Positions 11,400-24,445 of a DNA stretch of 64,000 nt are shown in pieces (the stretch's first letter is position 1; each line of letters begins with the position of its first letter). Where the stretch lies: positions 156,178,001-156,242,000 of the forward strand of contig NC_042998.1 of assembly GCF_006345805.1 (NCBI RefSeq), in the 5' to 3' direction. The notes under the pieces were generated by a model. It saw only the letters and a program-made list of their open reading frames with translations, had not been told where the DNA came from and made no database searches. Source of the stretch: Octopus sinensis. Its lineage: Eukaryota. The position numbers and the translations under genes were made by a program.

Positions 11400-11640
11400 T
11401 TGAATTTTATCTAATTCAGTCATAAAAGATTACATCATAACATACAATACACTATCATCAGGTAAAATTTTAAACTAGTAAGATTTTAAGCCTGAGCCTG
11501 ACATAGCCAACTTTAGCTTGGTTAGCAGATGGTTAAAATCTTGCCTGTTTAAAATTTTACCTGATGATGGTGGAGTGTATATTATGATGTAAACTTTTAT
11601 GACTGCATTAAATAAAATTCTACCGATACAGCTGTCGTAA
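11400..11640. repeat. Small fold-back with a decayed HHR in the right arm
   Basis: About 11403-11490 pairs with about 11532-11620. TTAC-CTGATGA-TGGTGGA...TCTACC-GATA-CAGCTG-TC-GTAA at 11557-11640 (GAAA mutated to GATA). Confidence 0.68.
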
Positions 11641-11841
11641 ATTTTGAACGCCATTTGTTTTTACTTTGGAAATGAACACCAATTTTTCTATGTGATCGGC
11701 TTGAAGAATTGTGGAGATATTTTCTTAACATGAAGCCAATGGTAACCTTAATACACAAATAAAGAATCTTTACCTTCCAATGCGGTGTTGAGCACTCATT
11801 CACATCGTCCGATAATTAACGCGCGCGTGTGTGTATATATA

Positions 11842-13131
11842 TCAAAAGTTGAGTAAAAAGTAAGCAACGTTTTGAACCATAAAGAATTTGTACCGGATTT
11901 TTGCAGAGTTTTTTTTTTTTTGGAGGGGGGGTTAAAACATTTTTTGCAATTGTCTGATAATACAGACATAGACTTGCCCAAATGCATCAATAAATTAACA
12001 TTGATATTTTTCCCTGTTGTTATAATCATCTTAAATGGTACTATCAAAACGCGATATTCGAGCAATTTTGCTATTTAACTTCAAAAAAGGACGTAAAGCA
12101 GCTAAAACTGCTTGCAATATCAATGTAACATTTGGTGAGGAAATGATCAGTGAGTGGTCAGCTCGAAAATGGTTTGAACGATTTCGCAGTGGAGACCTGA
12201 GCTTTGAAGATCGTGACCGTAGTGGACGCCCATCTGTCATCGATGACGGCCAATTAAAAACCATCATTGAGAAAGATCCACGCAAAACTACTCGAGAACT
12301 GGTAAAAAAGAACTTCAAGTTAGCCAGAAAACTCCCTGCAACCGTTTGCATGCGATTGGGTAATCAAAAAAGCTCGACAAATGGGTACCACACGATTCGA
12401 ATGAAAGTCAGTAAATAAAAAAAATATGAAATTTGCTCGTCGCTTTTCCGTAACCAGACCGATCCATTTCTCGATAACTTGCGATGAAAAGTAGATTCAG
12501 TACAATAAGGAAAAAAAAAACGTTCTTCGCAGTGGTTGGACCAAAATAAAGCACCGAAAACCTTCTCTAAACCCAACCTCTTCAAAAAGAAGGTTATGGC
12601 GACTGTTTGATAGTGTACTGTTGGACTCATCCAGTATGACTTCTTAAAACCCTGAAAAACCATTACTGCAGAAACATATTGCTATGAAATTGCCAAAATG
12701 ATCGAAAAACTGTTACTCTTCCGTCCCAGACTGGTCAACAGAATAGGGCCAACCATTCTTCATAACAATACCAAACCACACGTTTCACTAATGACGCTCC
12801 AGAAGTTGAGGGAACTCGGCTACGAAATTCTTCCCCACCCAGCTTATTCCCGGATCTTTTTCCTTCCAACTACTACTTTTTCAAGCACCTTGAAGGTTTT
12901 CTGCGAGAAAAGGAGTTCAAAAATCAAACCGATGCTGAAAGTGCATTCAAAGAGTTCATCAGCTCCAGAACTCCAGATTTTTATGTTACCGGAATAAACA
13001 GACTTGTAACTCATTGGTAAAAAGGTGTTGATTGTAATGGTACTTTCTTTGATGAATAAAATGTCGGCATTGTTGAAATATATTGATGAATTACATGTTT
13101 CAAAACGTTGCTTGCTTTTTACTCAGCCTGA
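11842..13131 (+). mobile_element. mariner (DD34D) transposon, full length, pseudogenised
   Basis: TIRs ..TGAGTAAAAAG(T/C)AAGCAACGTTTTGAA flanked by TA. HTH ARKWFERFRSGDLSFEDRDRSGRP, WVPH-like motif, ILHNNTKPH, ILPHPAYS; frameshifted. Confidence 0.93.
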
Positions 13132-13139
13132 TACATACA

Positions 13140-13169
<30 letters not shown>

Positions 13170-13170
<1 letters not shown>

Positions 13171-13770
13171 GAAGGATCTGTGATGTTCATCTAACCACAG
13201 AGCATCTTGGTTATATTCCATTTCATTCCAGATTTTCCTCCAGAAGGAGTCTGTCTTCTCGTGAAGAAGCTTATGTGATGTTCACTGCTTCTCCTCTCAT
13301 GTCGCTGTATACTGTTACCTGGTTCGGTTAAATTTTTTGTTTATTGTTTTTCTCTCGGTTATTCACTTCTGTTTTCGGAGTTCCTCATTGACAACTTTTA
13401 GCTGTGATCAGTTTGTGATCAGTTTGTAAGTGAGTGTCCTCTTTTTGCTGTTTTCATACATCATTTCTATCTCTTTCTACACTTTTTCTTGGTGAGACAT
13501 ATAGTGATTTGCTTTTTTTGCACGCAGTAAGCATCATCACATGACTGATGGTCTTTCGTAAATCAGCTATCTTTTTCTCTGTCTTCAAAACCCATGATGG
13601 TATTTTCTTTGTTGTTTCAGTTTTGTTCACTTTTTGAATGTCATTCATGGACTGCTTTGCAGTAGTAGACAAAGCATTAATCTGCCAGCATGTGGGTTCA
13701 TTACACTGCTGTAAATACTCTTCTCCAATTTCATTAATGGAAAATTTAAGGGAACATTTCACAGATATAT
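13170..13770 (-). pseudogene. R4/Dong-like non-LTR retrotransposon fragment (pre-RT region)
   Basis: IPSWVLKTEKKIADLRKTIS, then NKKFNR and SFWRKIWN-like motifs typical of the region upstream of RT in RLE-type LINEs. Confidence 0.5.
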
Positions 13771-13777
13771 AATCCTA

Positions 13778-13819
<42 letters not shown>

Positions 13820-13825
<6 letters not shown>

Positions 13826-14135
13826 TACTGTCATCGACATCCAAGACGACCAGCCTACCCTCCGGATCTAGGAATATTGCTCTTACTTTGAGGCCCAGAC
13901 TCTTCCGAAAAAGCACCGCGGTACCACCTCCGCCCATTCTCGGCAGACACGGAGAAAAATAAATGTCGAATTGTCCGCCGAACATGTGCTGGAGAGCCCG
14001 CGGGTTGTGGAGACTGGTCTCACTGATGGCTATCATATGCACATTCTGTGAATTGATGTTATTTAACAGGTATCCTTGTATCCAAGATTACCCCAAGCCA
14101 CGCACATTTATACAACCAATTCTAAGCATGTTTCT
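13820..14135 (-). pseudogene. AP endonuclease N-terminus of an L1/Tx1-clade LINE, inverted
   Basis: MLRIGCINVRGLG...MIAISET...GGGGTAVLF...DPEGRLVVLDV. Confidence 0.85.
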
Positions 14136-14556
14136 TTCGAAAGGAAAAGGAAAAGAATGAGAAAGAATCACTTACTGCTTGAAAGCTGGTTGTTTCTCAT
14201 CTCACAATCAGAAGGTTTTTATATAATTTTTTTTATAAGTACTTTTGAAATCTCCCTACTGCATCCGGGTAGAGAGATTTCAGTGTGTCGTGTGTGTTTT
14301 GTGTCATGTGTATGGTTTTTATGTGTTGTGCTTGGGTGATTGTTTGTTTTGACATTGTCTTCTGTTGTGTTGGTCTTGGGCCTAATGTATTGCATTAGTT
14401 CTGAATTGTTTGTTTTTATTGCTGTCAGCATTGTGGGGCCATTTGATGTTTGTGTATTTGTATTGTTGGTGGTAATGTGAGTGTTTTGCTCGGGAGCTGT
14501 GTTTTCTGGAGTAGTGACTCTTCTTGCGTGTCTTTTCTTTTCTTTCCCCCTTTTTA

Positions 14557-14766
14557 GCGTTCTAATCCCCCACTAAAAGTAAAGGTCGAGACGTTCCCAA
14601 GAAAACCTCTAGACATCGTAAGAAACCCGGCCAACCTGTTAAGGACGGTGTATAAACTGTTATCAGTCGAAAAGCGCATTACTGCCATCGACATCCAAGA
14701 CGACGAGCCTACCCTCCAGGTCTAGGAATATTGCTCTTACTTTGAGGCCTAGGTTCTTCCGAAAAA
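14557..14766 (-). pseudogene. Second inverted AP endonuclease fragment of the same LINE family
   Basis: Overlaps the first fragment (KVRAIFLDLEGRLVVLDV) and continues FRLITVYTPS...LLLVGD*NA. Confidence 0.8.
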
Positions 14767-14839
14767 GAGGGGAAGGCTATTGGGATCAATTTGTGAGTGC
14801 GTTGTTGTTGATGTTGTTGGCGGTTGCTGGGATTGGCAA

Positions 14840-17800
14840 ATGACCCTATGTAGACTATGTGGGTAGAGATAGGAATAGGAGGAGATGTAAATGCCTCTAA
14901 GACCTGCTCAGACGTTCCCAACTGTCTGACAGGTACCGACTGGACCGCCCGAATGTGCCAATGTGGACACAGAGCAAAAGTATCGAGTCGTCCAGGTCGT
15001 ATTTAGATAGAGGACAGCGGGTAGGGATAGTGTAGGTTGTCCACAATTCCATATAGTCAGCTACATAGATCACAAATTTGTGACTTGTACACGAACCATA
15101 GGCAGCGTCCCGGCTATTGGAAACTGAACGCGTCGCTCACGGCGCGCCAGGCTTACAGAGACCGGATTAGCACATTAGTTAAGAGGATATTGACGGGCGC
15201 CATCATCAACAATAGATGGTGGTATGCCCTAAAGAAAGCGATTAAAGCGGAATCGGTTAGGTATAGTAAGGCTCTAGCGATAGATCGAAATTGAATAGAG
15301 AAAGGCTTAGTTCAGAAATTTGAAGAGGCACATAAACATGGCATCGCGTCCAACGTGCTAGCGGCGAGGTTGGCCCACGACCAATACTTCAACGCCAAAC
15401 ACTAAGGATGCGTTCTCAGAGCTAGGATGCATACTCTGAGAAACAAAGGAATTGGAGTCGCCCTAGAGGCCCGAGTGGTGGAGGCGCAACGAGGCAACAA
15501 AGACACCATTAGGTCTCTGACAGATGGACAGGGGCGCGAATTACTCGAGCCCGAAAGGATGTGGGAGGCCTTTCAACAGCACTTTTCCCGACTGTTCGGG
15601 ACAAGTGGTTGGTCAGAACGCAGCGTGGACTTTAGTGCATATGTGCATGGCCTGCCACGACTCTCGGCAAGAGAGGCGGAGTGTTGTGAAAGACCCATCA
15701 CAGCCGCGGACGTACGGGATGCGATGGCAGGCTGCGCAGGAGACAAGTTGCCAGGCTTGGATGGTCTGCCCTACGAGCTTTATTGTCATATGCCTGACTT
15801 GTTTGGAGGTGTCTTGGCAGCAGTCTACTGCAACTGGCAGCAAAACGGGAGTATCCCCAGTTTTATGAGCCAAAACTGCTAAAGAAAGATCCAAACAAGG
15901 GGAACGGCATAGATAACTTCAGGCCCATCACTCTGCTCAACGCAGATTTGAAGATTTTAGCCAAGGTGCTAGCCAGGAGGTTGGCGCTTCTTATCAAGAA
16001 ACTGGTCGACAAGGCGCAAACATGCGCCATACCTAGCAGGTGTAGCCATGACAAACTCCATCTGATGCGTTACATCATTGACAAGATAGTTAAGGAACAT
16101 GGCATGGTTGGGGTGCTGAACAATTTGGATGAATCGAAAGCTTTTGGTAGGGTCGACCATCGCTACTTGGAGGCTGCCTTTAGAGCGGCTAGTTTCGGTC
16201 CCGTCTTCCGCGGTTGGATCACTGCCTTATACAGCGGCATCCGCTCGGTAGTTCGCGTAAATGGTCATCTATCCAGACCATTTAACATCATGCGTTCGGT
16301 CTGTCAAGGATGTTCCCTCTCGTCGCTTCTGTAGGTATTGACTCTAGAGCCACTACTGCCGAAGCTGGTGACACCGAGGGGCATCCCGCGAGAACTGGGA
16401 TGCGAGAGAAACGTGTCTGCCTACACGGACGACGTCACCGTCATAGTGTCGATCCACAGGCATATTGAACCGTTCGGCGAGACACTAAAAGAATACGAAG
16501 CGATAACGAGAGCGAAAATTAACTCGGAAAAGTCAGTGGGCTTGCGGCTCGGTACCTGGAGAGGCAGGCCCATGCCGTCCAACAGCGTCTCCATCGTGGG
16601 ACACTGGACCGACAGACCGGTTAATTTGCTCGGGTTCTGGTTCGGACCGGACCTCCAAATGGAGAACTGGGACGAGATAACGAGTAGGATGGCCACTCTT
16701 ACCTAGCAATGGGCCGAGAGAAAGCTATCCCTAAAAGGTCGGGCAGAGGTAGCGAACACGTACATCGTGTCCGTCATCTATAACCGCCTGACCGTCGTAT
16801 CTTGTCTCCACCCTAGCATCATCAAGCTGGAACGCATGCTATTTCGCTTTTTGTGGAAGGGAAGCATTATCATAGTTAGGCGATCCATTTGCTATCAACA
16901 CCCGCTAAATGGAGGGCTGGGCATGCCGTGGTTGATGATATGCAGACATGCCTTGAGACTGCGACATCTCCAGCACTTCATAGATGACAGGTTGCCGTTT
17001 GTGAGGCGCGCTTCCCGCAGCTCGTCTCTTTGGCCGAACTGCAGTCATAGATCAAACAGAGAATGACACCGCGAATGCCGCTTTGCTCTCAAGCAACTCT
17101 GCTGTCCGGGACCAGACTTGTGCAACTTCAATTCCATGAAGGCGTTCTATAGAGGATTAATGGAGGTAAGGTGCGACGACGTTCTTGGGAGTATCTGGGT
17201 ATCGACGGCGAACACCTGACTCGCCTCTTGAGGACAACTTTTTGGCCGGGACCTATGGACAATCATCAGAGATCCCTGGCCTGGCAGTGCTATCGGAAAG
17301 CATTGCCCGTTCGGGATAAGCTCTACAGGTACGGTTCCAGGTACATCGGACTGACTTGCCCGAGATGCGGTCAGAGCGACGAAACCGTTCTGCACGCATT
17401 CGCGCAGTGTCCAACCATTTCAGACCTGTGGGCTTATGTCGAACGGCTGCTGTCACGTATAGGATGAATTCGGTTATCGGCCGAGTCTATCGTGAATATT
17501 GCCCCGCCACCTTCCTTTAACCGGGAAGGCAAGGTAGTTTTCATTGTACTGGTGGCTATTGTGAAAGAATGTGTGTGGTGGGCTCGTGCGAAAGGTCTAG
17601 AGACAAACACTTTCCTCTCTGGCCAATCGCTCATCAACTTTTCAAGTGCCACTTGAAAAGGAAGGTGAGAATAGAGAGGGAAGTTTTGTCGCATAAAAGT
17701 TTCAATAAAAGGTGGGTGAATGTAGCAAAGATGGTACGCGTAAGTGACGAAACCACTTTAAGAATGATCCTATAAATCCGAGAGAGAGAGAGAGAGAGAG

Positions 17801-18045
17801 AGAGCACGCGTTGCCCTCATGTGTTACTTTCCCTGCCTGAGGTTACCGTGGTTTTTTCCGTAGGCTTTTCTTTCCACGGATAAACCTAATCTGTTTTACA
17901 TTTTTACCCCGCCTTATTTTGCTGTTTACACATCCTAAATGTTTTCGATCTCTTTTGATCGTTTTTTTTTCTTTCTTTCGAAAAGAAAAGTTCACATTGT
18001 ATTGACCCCTCTGTGTTCGGCCCTGCGTGGTTAATAAAGATATAT
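14840..18045 (+). mobile_element. L1/Tx1-clade LINE ORF2 remnant (APE C-terminus, RT, C-terminal zinc knuckle, 3' UTR)
   Basis: SRSYLDR, GYWKLNASL, PGLDGLPYE, FRPITLLNADLKILAK, LDESKAFGRV, QGCSLS, AYTDD and CPRCGQSDETVLHAFAQCP. AATAAA at 18033 followed by a short tandem tail. Stops and frameshifts present. Confidence 0.92.
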
Positions 18046-18234
18046 ATCTATCTATCTGTCTGTCTGTCTGTCTGTCTCTTGCTTCATGCTCTTGCTTGAT
18101 GGGGCTGGCTCGTCTCAGATTAGTGGTCCCAGATTGTCATCGTTCGAGGAGCTGACTAGGTCCACCAGTGCTCCCCATCGCTGACAGTCCCATGCCAGCA
18201 TTTCTGCATCGTCCACACACACACATACATATAC

Positions 18235-18312
<78 letters not shown>

Positions 18313-18313
18313 G

Positions 18314-18350
<37 letters not shown>

Positions 18351-18442
18351 TGTATAAGGGTGAAAAGGAACACACGAGTTGATATATATGAAAAAACAAG
18401 TAAAAAATAGAAAATGCTAAAATAATTTTATAGTGAACATTT

Positions 18443-18480
18443 CAGTACCGGTTTCGGTCATTTTGAGACCTTTTCAACTG
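18443..18480 (-). ncRNA. Type I hammerhead ribozyme, U3-A8 variant (left arm)
   Basis: Exact mirror of 22473-22510. Confidence 0.75.
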
Positions 18481-19214
18481 TAACGATTAAATTAGAAAAA
18501 TTAGAAAAATTAGAAGAAAAGTTTTCTTAAAAGAATATTTCTATAGTAGTGTTCAGATTTAAGTGGCATTCTGCCTTTCTCTGACTCCCTTGTTTGCACT
18601 TGTGTGTTCGAGGTAGTTGTGAGTTCTTGGTAGGGTAGTAGAGGGAAGGCTGGTGAGGAAAGGGGGGTGGGAGAATCTGGGAGTGCCCTGATGGTCGTAT
18701 TTTGAATGGTCAGTGGCGGCTGGCAGTCTCAGTTCAATTCAGGAGAATATTTATATTGACAGGCTTGTTTATAGAATTAGCGTAGGTGTTATACTAAAAA
18801 ACATTAGTGACAAACTTAAGGGGTAGGGGGTGGAGAAGAAGAAGAAGAAGAAGAAGAAGAAGAAGAAGAAGAAGGAGAAAAAAAAAGAAGGAGAAGGAGA
18901 AGGAGAAGGAGAAGAAGATGATGGTGATGGTGGTGATGATTATGACGACGATGATGATGATAACGATGATGATGAAGAAGAAGAAGGAGGAGAAGGAGAA
19001 GATGGTGGTGATGATGGTGGCGATGATGATGACGCCGATGATGATGATAACGATGATGATGAAGAAGAAGAAGAAGAAGAAAAAAACAGAGAAGGGAGAA
19101 TATGAATGGGTGTAAATATAGCTATGAAGGGGCTGATTAGTAATGGATTCTATGGAGTGTAGTATTTGTGTGTGTATATATATTTTTTTCTCTTATTCTA
19201 AAGTTGAGGTATAT

Positions 19215-20598
19215 TAATTGTTTGTCGTAGACCCGTTAAGAAGTGGCTTGTATTTTGTAATAAAGAGATTATCTTTACTTATTCTTTGTCTCGAGGTTGT
19301 ATCGTCCCTAAATTGGTAGAGGGGGAAAATTCTGAAGTTTGGTGTTTTTTTTGTTGGCGCAAGTATCTATGTGTTGGCTAAAAGCTATTTTTCTGTTTTG
19401 GGGAATTTTTATCTGGGATCTGTGCAGGGCCATTCGTTTACGCCAAACCATTTTTTGTTTGGCCTATGTACTGCTCTTGACACCCGGAGCAGGTTAGTGA
19501 GTATATTAGGTTATCCGAAGCACATGTGAAGTTGCTTTTCACTGTAAACCGTTGTCCCTGTTTGAAGGAGAACTCAGAACCCTCGATTAGATAGTCGCAT
19601 ATCCCGCAATTGGGTCTTCCACATTTTTTTACTGTCGGCTTCTGTGTTGAAGAGTGAATTCGGGCTTGTGTAGGAGACTTTTCATGGATCTAGGCTGTCT
19701 TTTGCTTTTTATGATCGTGTGTGTTTGGAGGATTGTGTTCATTCTGTGGTCTTTTTTTAGGAGGGGTATGTTGTGGAGGATGGTGTCGAAGGCTTCGTTA
19801 TTGAGAGGGTTGTGTGTGGAGATGTATGGTAAGGCTTTTGGTTGTAAGTTTTTCTTTGATTTGGGATGTCTCAGTTCCTTGATGTTAAGTTGAAGGGCAC
19901 GTTGAATGCACTTGTCAATAAGTGAAGGTGGATAGTTCCTGGTGATTAGGGTATCTTTTAGTTCTTGTAGTCGTGTGTCTCTGGTGTTTGCGTTAGAGAC
20001 TATAGTGCATATCCTTTTTGCTAGATTGAAGGGGATATCATCCTGGTGTGTCTGGGGTGGCATGAATTGAATGGAAGATATTGCTTAGAGTCTGTAGGCT
20101 TATAGTATATGTCTGTTTCTATTATATTATTAGCTTTCTTAATGAGGATATCGAGGAAGGGGAGTTGTTGTTGGCTATATCCATCGTGAATTGGATGTTT
20201 ACGTCCAGTCCGTTTAAAATTTTCTGGAATTCTATGAGTTTTTCTATATTTTTATGCCAAAGGATGAAACAGTCATCTAGATATCTCTTCCAGTTGTTTT
20301 CTATGTAGATGGAGAAAGGGCTGCCATATCTTTCTAGAACCTTACGATACAGACTGATCTCTAGGTATCCTATGACTAGGTTGGCAAAGGAGGGGGCCAT
20401 TCGTGTACCCATCGCAGTCCCCGATTTTTGTCGGTAGAAGTTGTCATTGAAGGCGAAGAAGTTATTTTCCAGGATGAATTTAACCCCTTCTATCACAAAT
20501 TCTTTTTTGATGCGGTGTGGTAGTTCGTTGGCGTGATTCTCTAGCCAGAATTGGATTGCCTCTAGTCCTAGGTTGTGGGGGATATTGGAGTAGAGGTT
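19215..20598 (-). pseudogene. PLE RT + GIY-YIG, 5'-truncated (left arm)
   Basis: NLYSNIPH, YRQKSGTAMGTRMAPSFANL, WKRYLDDCFILW and DIPFNLAKRI; frameshifts. Confidence 0.92.
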
Positions 20599-21225
20599 AA
20601 ATTCATCCTGGAAAATAACTTCTTCGCCTTCAATGACAAAGATATGGCAGCCCTTTCTCCATCTACATAGAAAACAACTGGAAGAGATATCTAGATGACT
20701 GTTTCATCCTTTGGCATAAAAATATAGAAAAACTCATAGAATTCCAGAAAATTTTAAACGGACTGGACGTAAACATCCAATTCACGATGGAATATAGCCA
20801 ACAACAACTCCCCTTCCTCGATATCCTCATTAAGAAAGCTAAAATATAATAGAAACAGACATATACTATAAGCCTACAGACTCTAAGCAATATCCATTCA
20901 ATTCATGCCACCCCAGACACACCAGGATGAATATCCCCTTCAATCTAGCAAAAAGGATATGCACTATAGTCTCTAACGCAAAACACAGAGGACACACGAC
21001 TACAAGAACTAAAAGATACCCTAATCACCAGGAACTATCCACCTTCATTATTGACAAGTGCATTAACGTGCCCTTCAACTTAACATCAAGGAACTGAGAC
21101 ATCCCAAATCAAAGAAAAACTTACAACCAAAAGCCTTACCATACATCTCCACACACAACCCTCTCAATAACGAAGCCTTCGACACCATCCTCCACAACAT
21201 ACCCCTCCTAAAAAAAGACCACAGA

Positions 21226-21753
21226 ATGAACACAATCCTCCAAACACACACGATCATAAAAAGCAAAAGACAGCCTAGATCCATGAAAAGTCTCCTTACA
21301 CAAGCCCGAATTCACTCTTCAACACAGAAGCCGACAGTAAAAAAATGTGGAAGACCCAATTGCGGGATATGCGACTATCTAATCGAGGGTTCTGAGTTCT
21401 CCTTCAAACAGGGACAACGGTTTACAGTGAAAAGCAACTTCACATGTGCTTCGGAGAACCTAATATACTCACTAAACTGCTCCGGGTGTCAAGAGCAGTA
21501 CATAGGCCAAACAAAAAATGGTTTGCGTAAACGAATGGCCCTGCACAGATCCCAGATAAAAATTCCCCAAAACAGAAAAATAGCTTTTAGCCAACACATA
21601 GATACTTGCGCCAACAAAAAAACACCAAACTTCAGAATTTTCCCCCTCTACCAATTTAGGGACGATACAACCTCGAGACAAAGAATAAGTAAAGAAAATC
21701 TCTTTATTACAAAATACAAGCCACTTCTTAACGGGTCTACGACAAACAATTAA
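21226..21753 (+). pseudogene. PLE Cys-rich linker + GIY-YIG endonuclease (right arm, open frame)
   Basis: KCGRPNCGIC...FTCASENLIYSLNCSGCQEQYIGQT...LRKRMALH...KENLFI...LN. Confidence 0.92.
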
Positions 21754-22472
21754 TATACCTCAACTTTAGAATAAAAGAAAAAAATATATATACACACACA
21801 AATACTACACTCCATAGAATCCATTACTAATCAGCCCCTTCATAGCTATATTTACACCCATTCATATTCTCCCTTCTCTGTTTTTTTCTTCTTCTTCTTC
21901 TTCATCATCATCGTTATCATCATCATCGGCGTCATCATCATCGCCACCATCATCACCACCATCTTCTCCTTCTCCTCCTTCTTCTTCTTCATCATCATCG
22001 TTATCATCATCATCGTCGTCATAATCATCACCACCATCACCATCATCTTCTCCTTCTCCTTCTCCTTCTTCTTCTTCTTCTTCTTCTTCTTCTTCTTCTT
22101 CTTCTTCTTCTTCTTCTTCTCCACCCCCTACCCCTTAAGTTTGTCACTAATGTTTTTTAGTATAACACCTACGCTAATTCTATAAACAAGCCTGTCAATA
22201 TAAATATTCTCCTGAATTGAACTGAGACTGCCAGCCGCCACTGACCATTCAAAATACGACCATCAGGGCACTCCCAGATTCTCCCACCCCCCTTTCCTCA
22301 CCAGCCTTCCCTCTACTACCCTACCAAGAACTCACAACTACCTCGAACACACAAGTGCAAACAAGGGAGTCAGAGAAAGGCAGAATGCCACTTAAATCTG
22401 AACACTACTATAGAAATATTCTTTAAGAAAACTTTTCTTCTAATTTTTCTAAATTTAATTATTTAATCGTTA

Positions 22473-22510
22473 CAGTTGAAAAGGTCTCAAAATGACCGAA
22501 ACCGGTACTG
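22473..22510 (+). ncRNA. Type I hammerhead ribozyme, U3-A8 variant (right arm)
   Basis: CAG-TTGAAAA-GGTC TCAAAAT GACC-GAAA-CCGG-TA-CTG, in sense orientation downstream of the PLE ORF. Confidence 0.78.
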
Positions 22511-22622
22511 AAATGTTCACTATAAAATTATTTTAGCATTTTCTATTTTTTACTTGTTTCATATATATAATATATATATATATATATATTATAATATATA
22601 TATACACAGACGCACACATATA

Positions 22623-22654
<32 letters not shown>

Positions 22655-24233
22655 CAGTGGCGGCCAAAATGTTCAGAACGGCATTGTTTTCGTCAGAACA
22701 GTGGATATAATTTTTTATCAAAGTTGTTTTATATTCTATAATTTTCACAGACAATAAATACGATATTATTTGTTATTGCCTGAGATTTTAGTGTAATTTG
22801 AGAGAATAATACAAAAGTTATGGATGATTTAGGGATTTACTGCAAAACCCATGGCGGCCAAAATGATCAGAACGGTTGCTTTTACTCCGTGTTCTAGTAT
22901 ATTTAACCGGCGAACTCTAATGTTTTGAATTTGTTTACGTGACGGTTCGTTTACTAAACATTAGTAAGAATATTTGCAGTGTACTTTGTTAATATAATGC
23001 CACTTACTCCGTTACCAATTCGTCAGCAGATTATTAAGCTTCGAAGGAAGGATAATATAAGTATTGGATCTATTGCAAAGATTGTTAACAAGTCAAAAAG
23101 TGTTGTACACTTAAGGTCTACGATGATTGTGGTTCGTGTGAAGCAAGAAAGTTTACAGGTAGGCCAAGAAAAACGACCAAGAGAGAAGATCGTGCTATGG
23201 TAAAGTTGGTTAAAAAGGACAGATTTAAAACTGCTGCTGCTGTTTCTTGGAAAATGAGCATTGTATTGAAGAAAACTTTATATCGAAAAACTGTGTCTCG
23301 TCGTTTAGTTGAACATGACTTACAAGCAAGAACACCTGCAGTGAAGCCACTGATCAGCTCCAAGAATAAAAGGTGTCGTCTTACCTTTGCAACCAAACAT
23401 GTGTTGTGGTCTCAAGAAAAATGGCAAACGGTGCATTTCCACTGAAATGAATCTAAGTTTCGTAGAATAGTAGGTGAAAAATTGTCGCCAAAATGCCTTA
23501 AGACTAGTGTTAAATTCGGTGGAGGAAGTGTCATGGTTTGGGGGATGATATCTGGAGATGGTGTGGGCTCTTTGGTGCGATTACAGGAAAGGTAAATGCA
23601 GGAGTTTATAAACAACTTATAAAAGATCATGTCTTGCCTGTGCTGAGAAATTCAACTAAGCGACCACCCATATTCATGCAGGACAATGCCCCATGTCACA
23701 AGGCTAAGGTGGTCATGAACTTCCTCAAGGCTGAAAAGGTTATTGTTATGGATTGGCCTGCTCAAAGCCCAGATCTCAATCCTATTGAAAATGTATGGAA
23801 TATTCTAGGAGAACGTTCGAAAGCCAGAAATTCTAAAACAACTGAGCAATTATGGAATGCCCTTCAGGAAGAATGGAATAAGATCACCCAGCAAGAAATT
23901 GAAAATTTAATTTCCTCATGCAGTCAAAGATGTCAGAGTGTGATTGAAGCTAAGGGCTTCACACTAAATATTAAATAATTCCAGTATTCTCTGTCATTTT
24001 TTTATATTTTGTTATTTTTCAACCGTTCTGACATTTTGGCCCGCTATGGGTTTTGCAGTAAATCACTAAATCATCCATAACATTTGTATTATCCTCTCAA
24101 ATTACACCAAAATCTCAGACAATAACAATTAATATTGTATTTATTGTCTGTGAATATAAAACTACTTTGATAAAAACTTATACTTACTTTTCTGACGAAA
24201 ACAATGCCGTTCTGAACATTTTGGCCGCAACTG
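22655..24233 (+). mobile_element. Tc1-like (DD34E) transposon with ~220 bp IR/DR ends, pseudogenised
   Basis: TA-CAGTGGCGGCCAAAATGTTCAGAACGG...CCGTTCTGAACATTTTGGCCGCAACTG-TA. Inner direct repeats at about 22851 and 24020. FMQDNAPCH and WPAQSPDLNPIENVW. Confidence 0.95.
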
Positions 24234-24445
24234 TATATATATTATTTTGGGTTCAACACATCCTTACACCGGTAGTACATTGGCGAGATGATAAAATTAA
24301 CATTCTGCGTAATCTGTCTTTCTTTTGATGAAAGGGTGTGTTTTAAGAGAGATTTGACTGCTATTTTTAGTAGCTCAAGTTACCACAGAGACACCACGAT
24401 TGAAAACAATAAATGGAAACACACACACACACACACACACACATT

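Larger units (their letters stand above)
18394..22559. mobile_element. Neptune-type PLE present as a ~4.2 kb near-perfect palindrome
   Basis: 18394-20486 is the reverse complement of 20595-22559 apart from small indels and one internal deletion. Each arm holds the RT C-terminal half, GIY-YIG, a microsatellite 3' UTR and an HHR. Embedded in (TA)n. Confidence 0.93.

Noticed and set aside
19215-21753. Selenocysteine recoding as in Naiad PLEs
   Set aside because: The GIY-YIG is C-terminal and its frame has no in-frame TGA; the breaks elsewhere are 1-bp indels.
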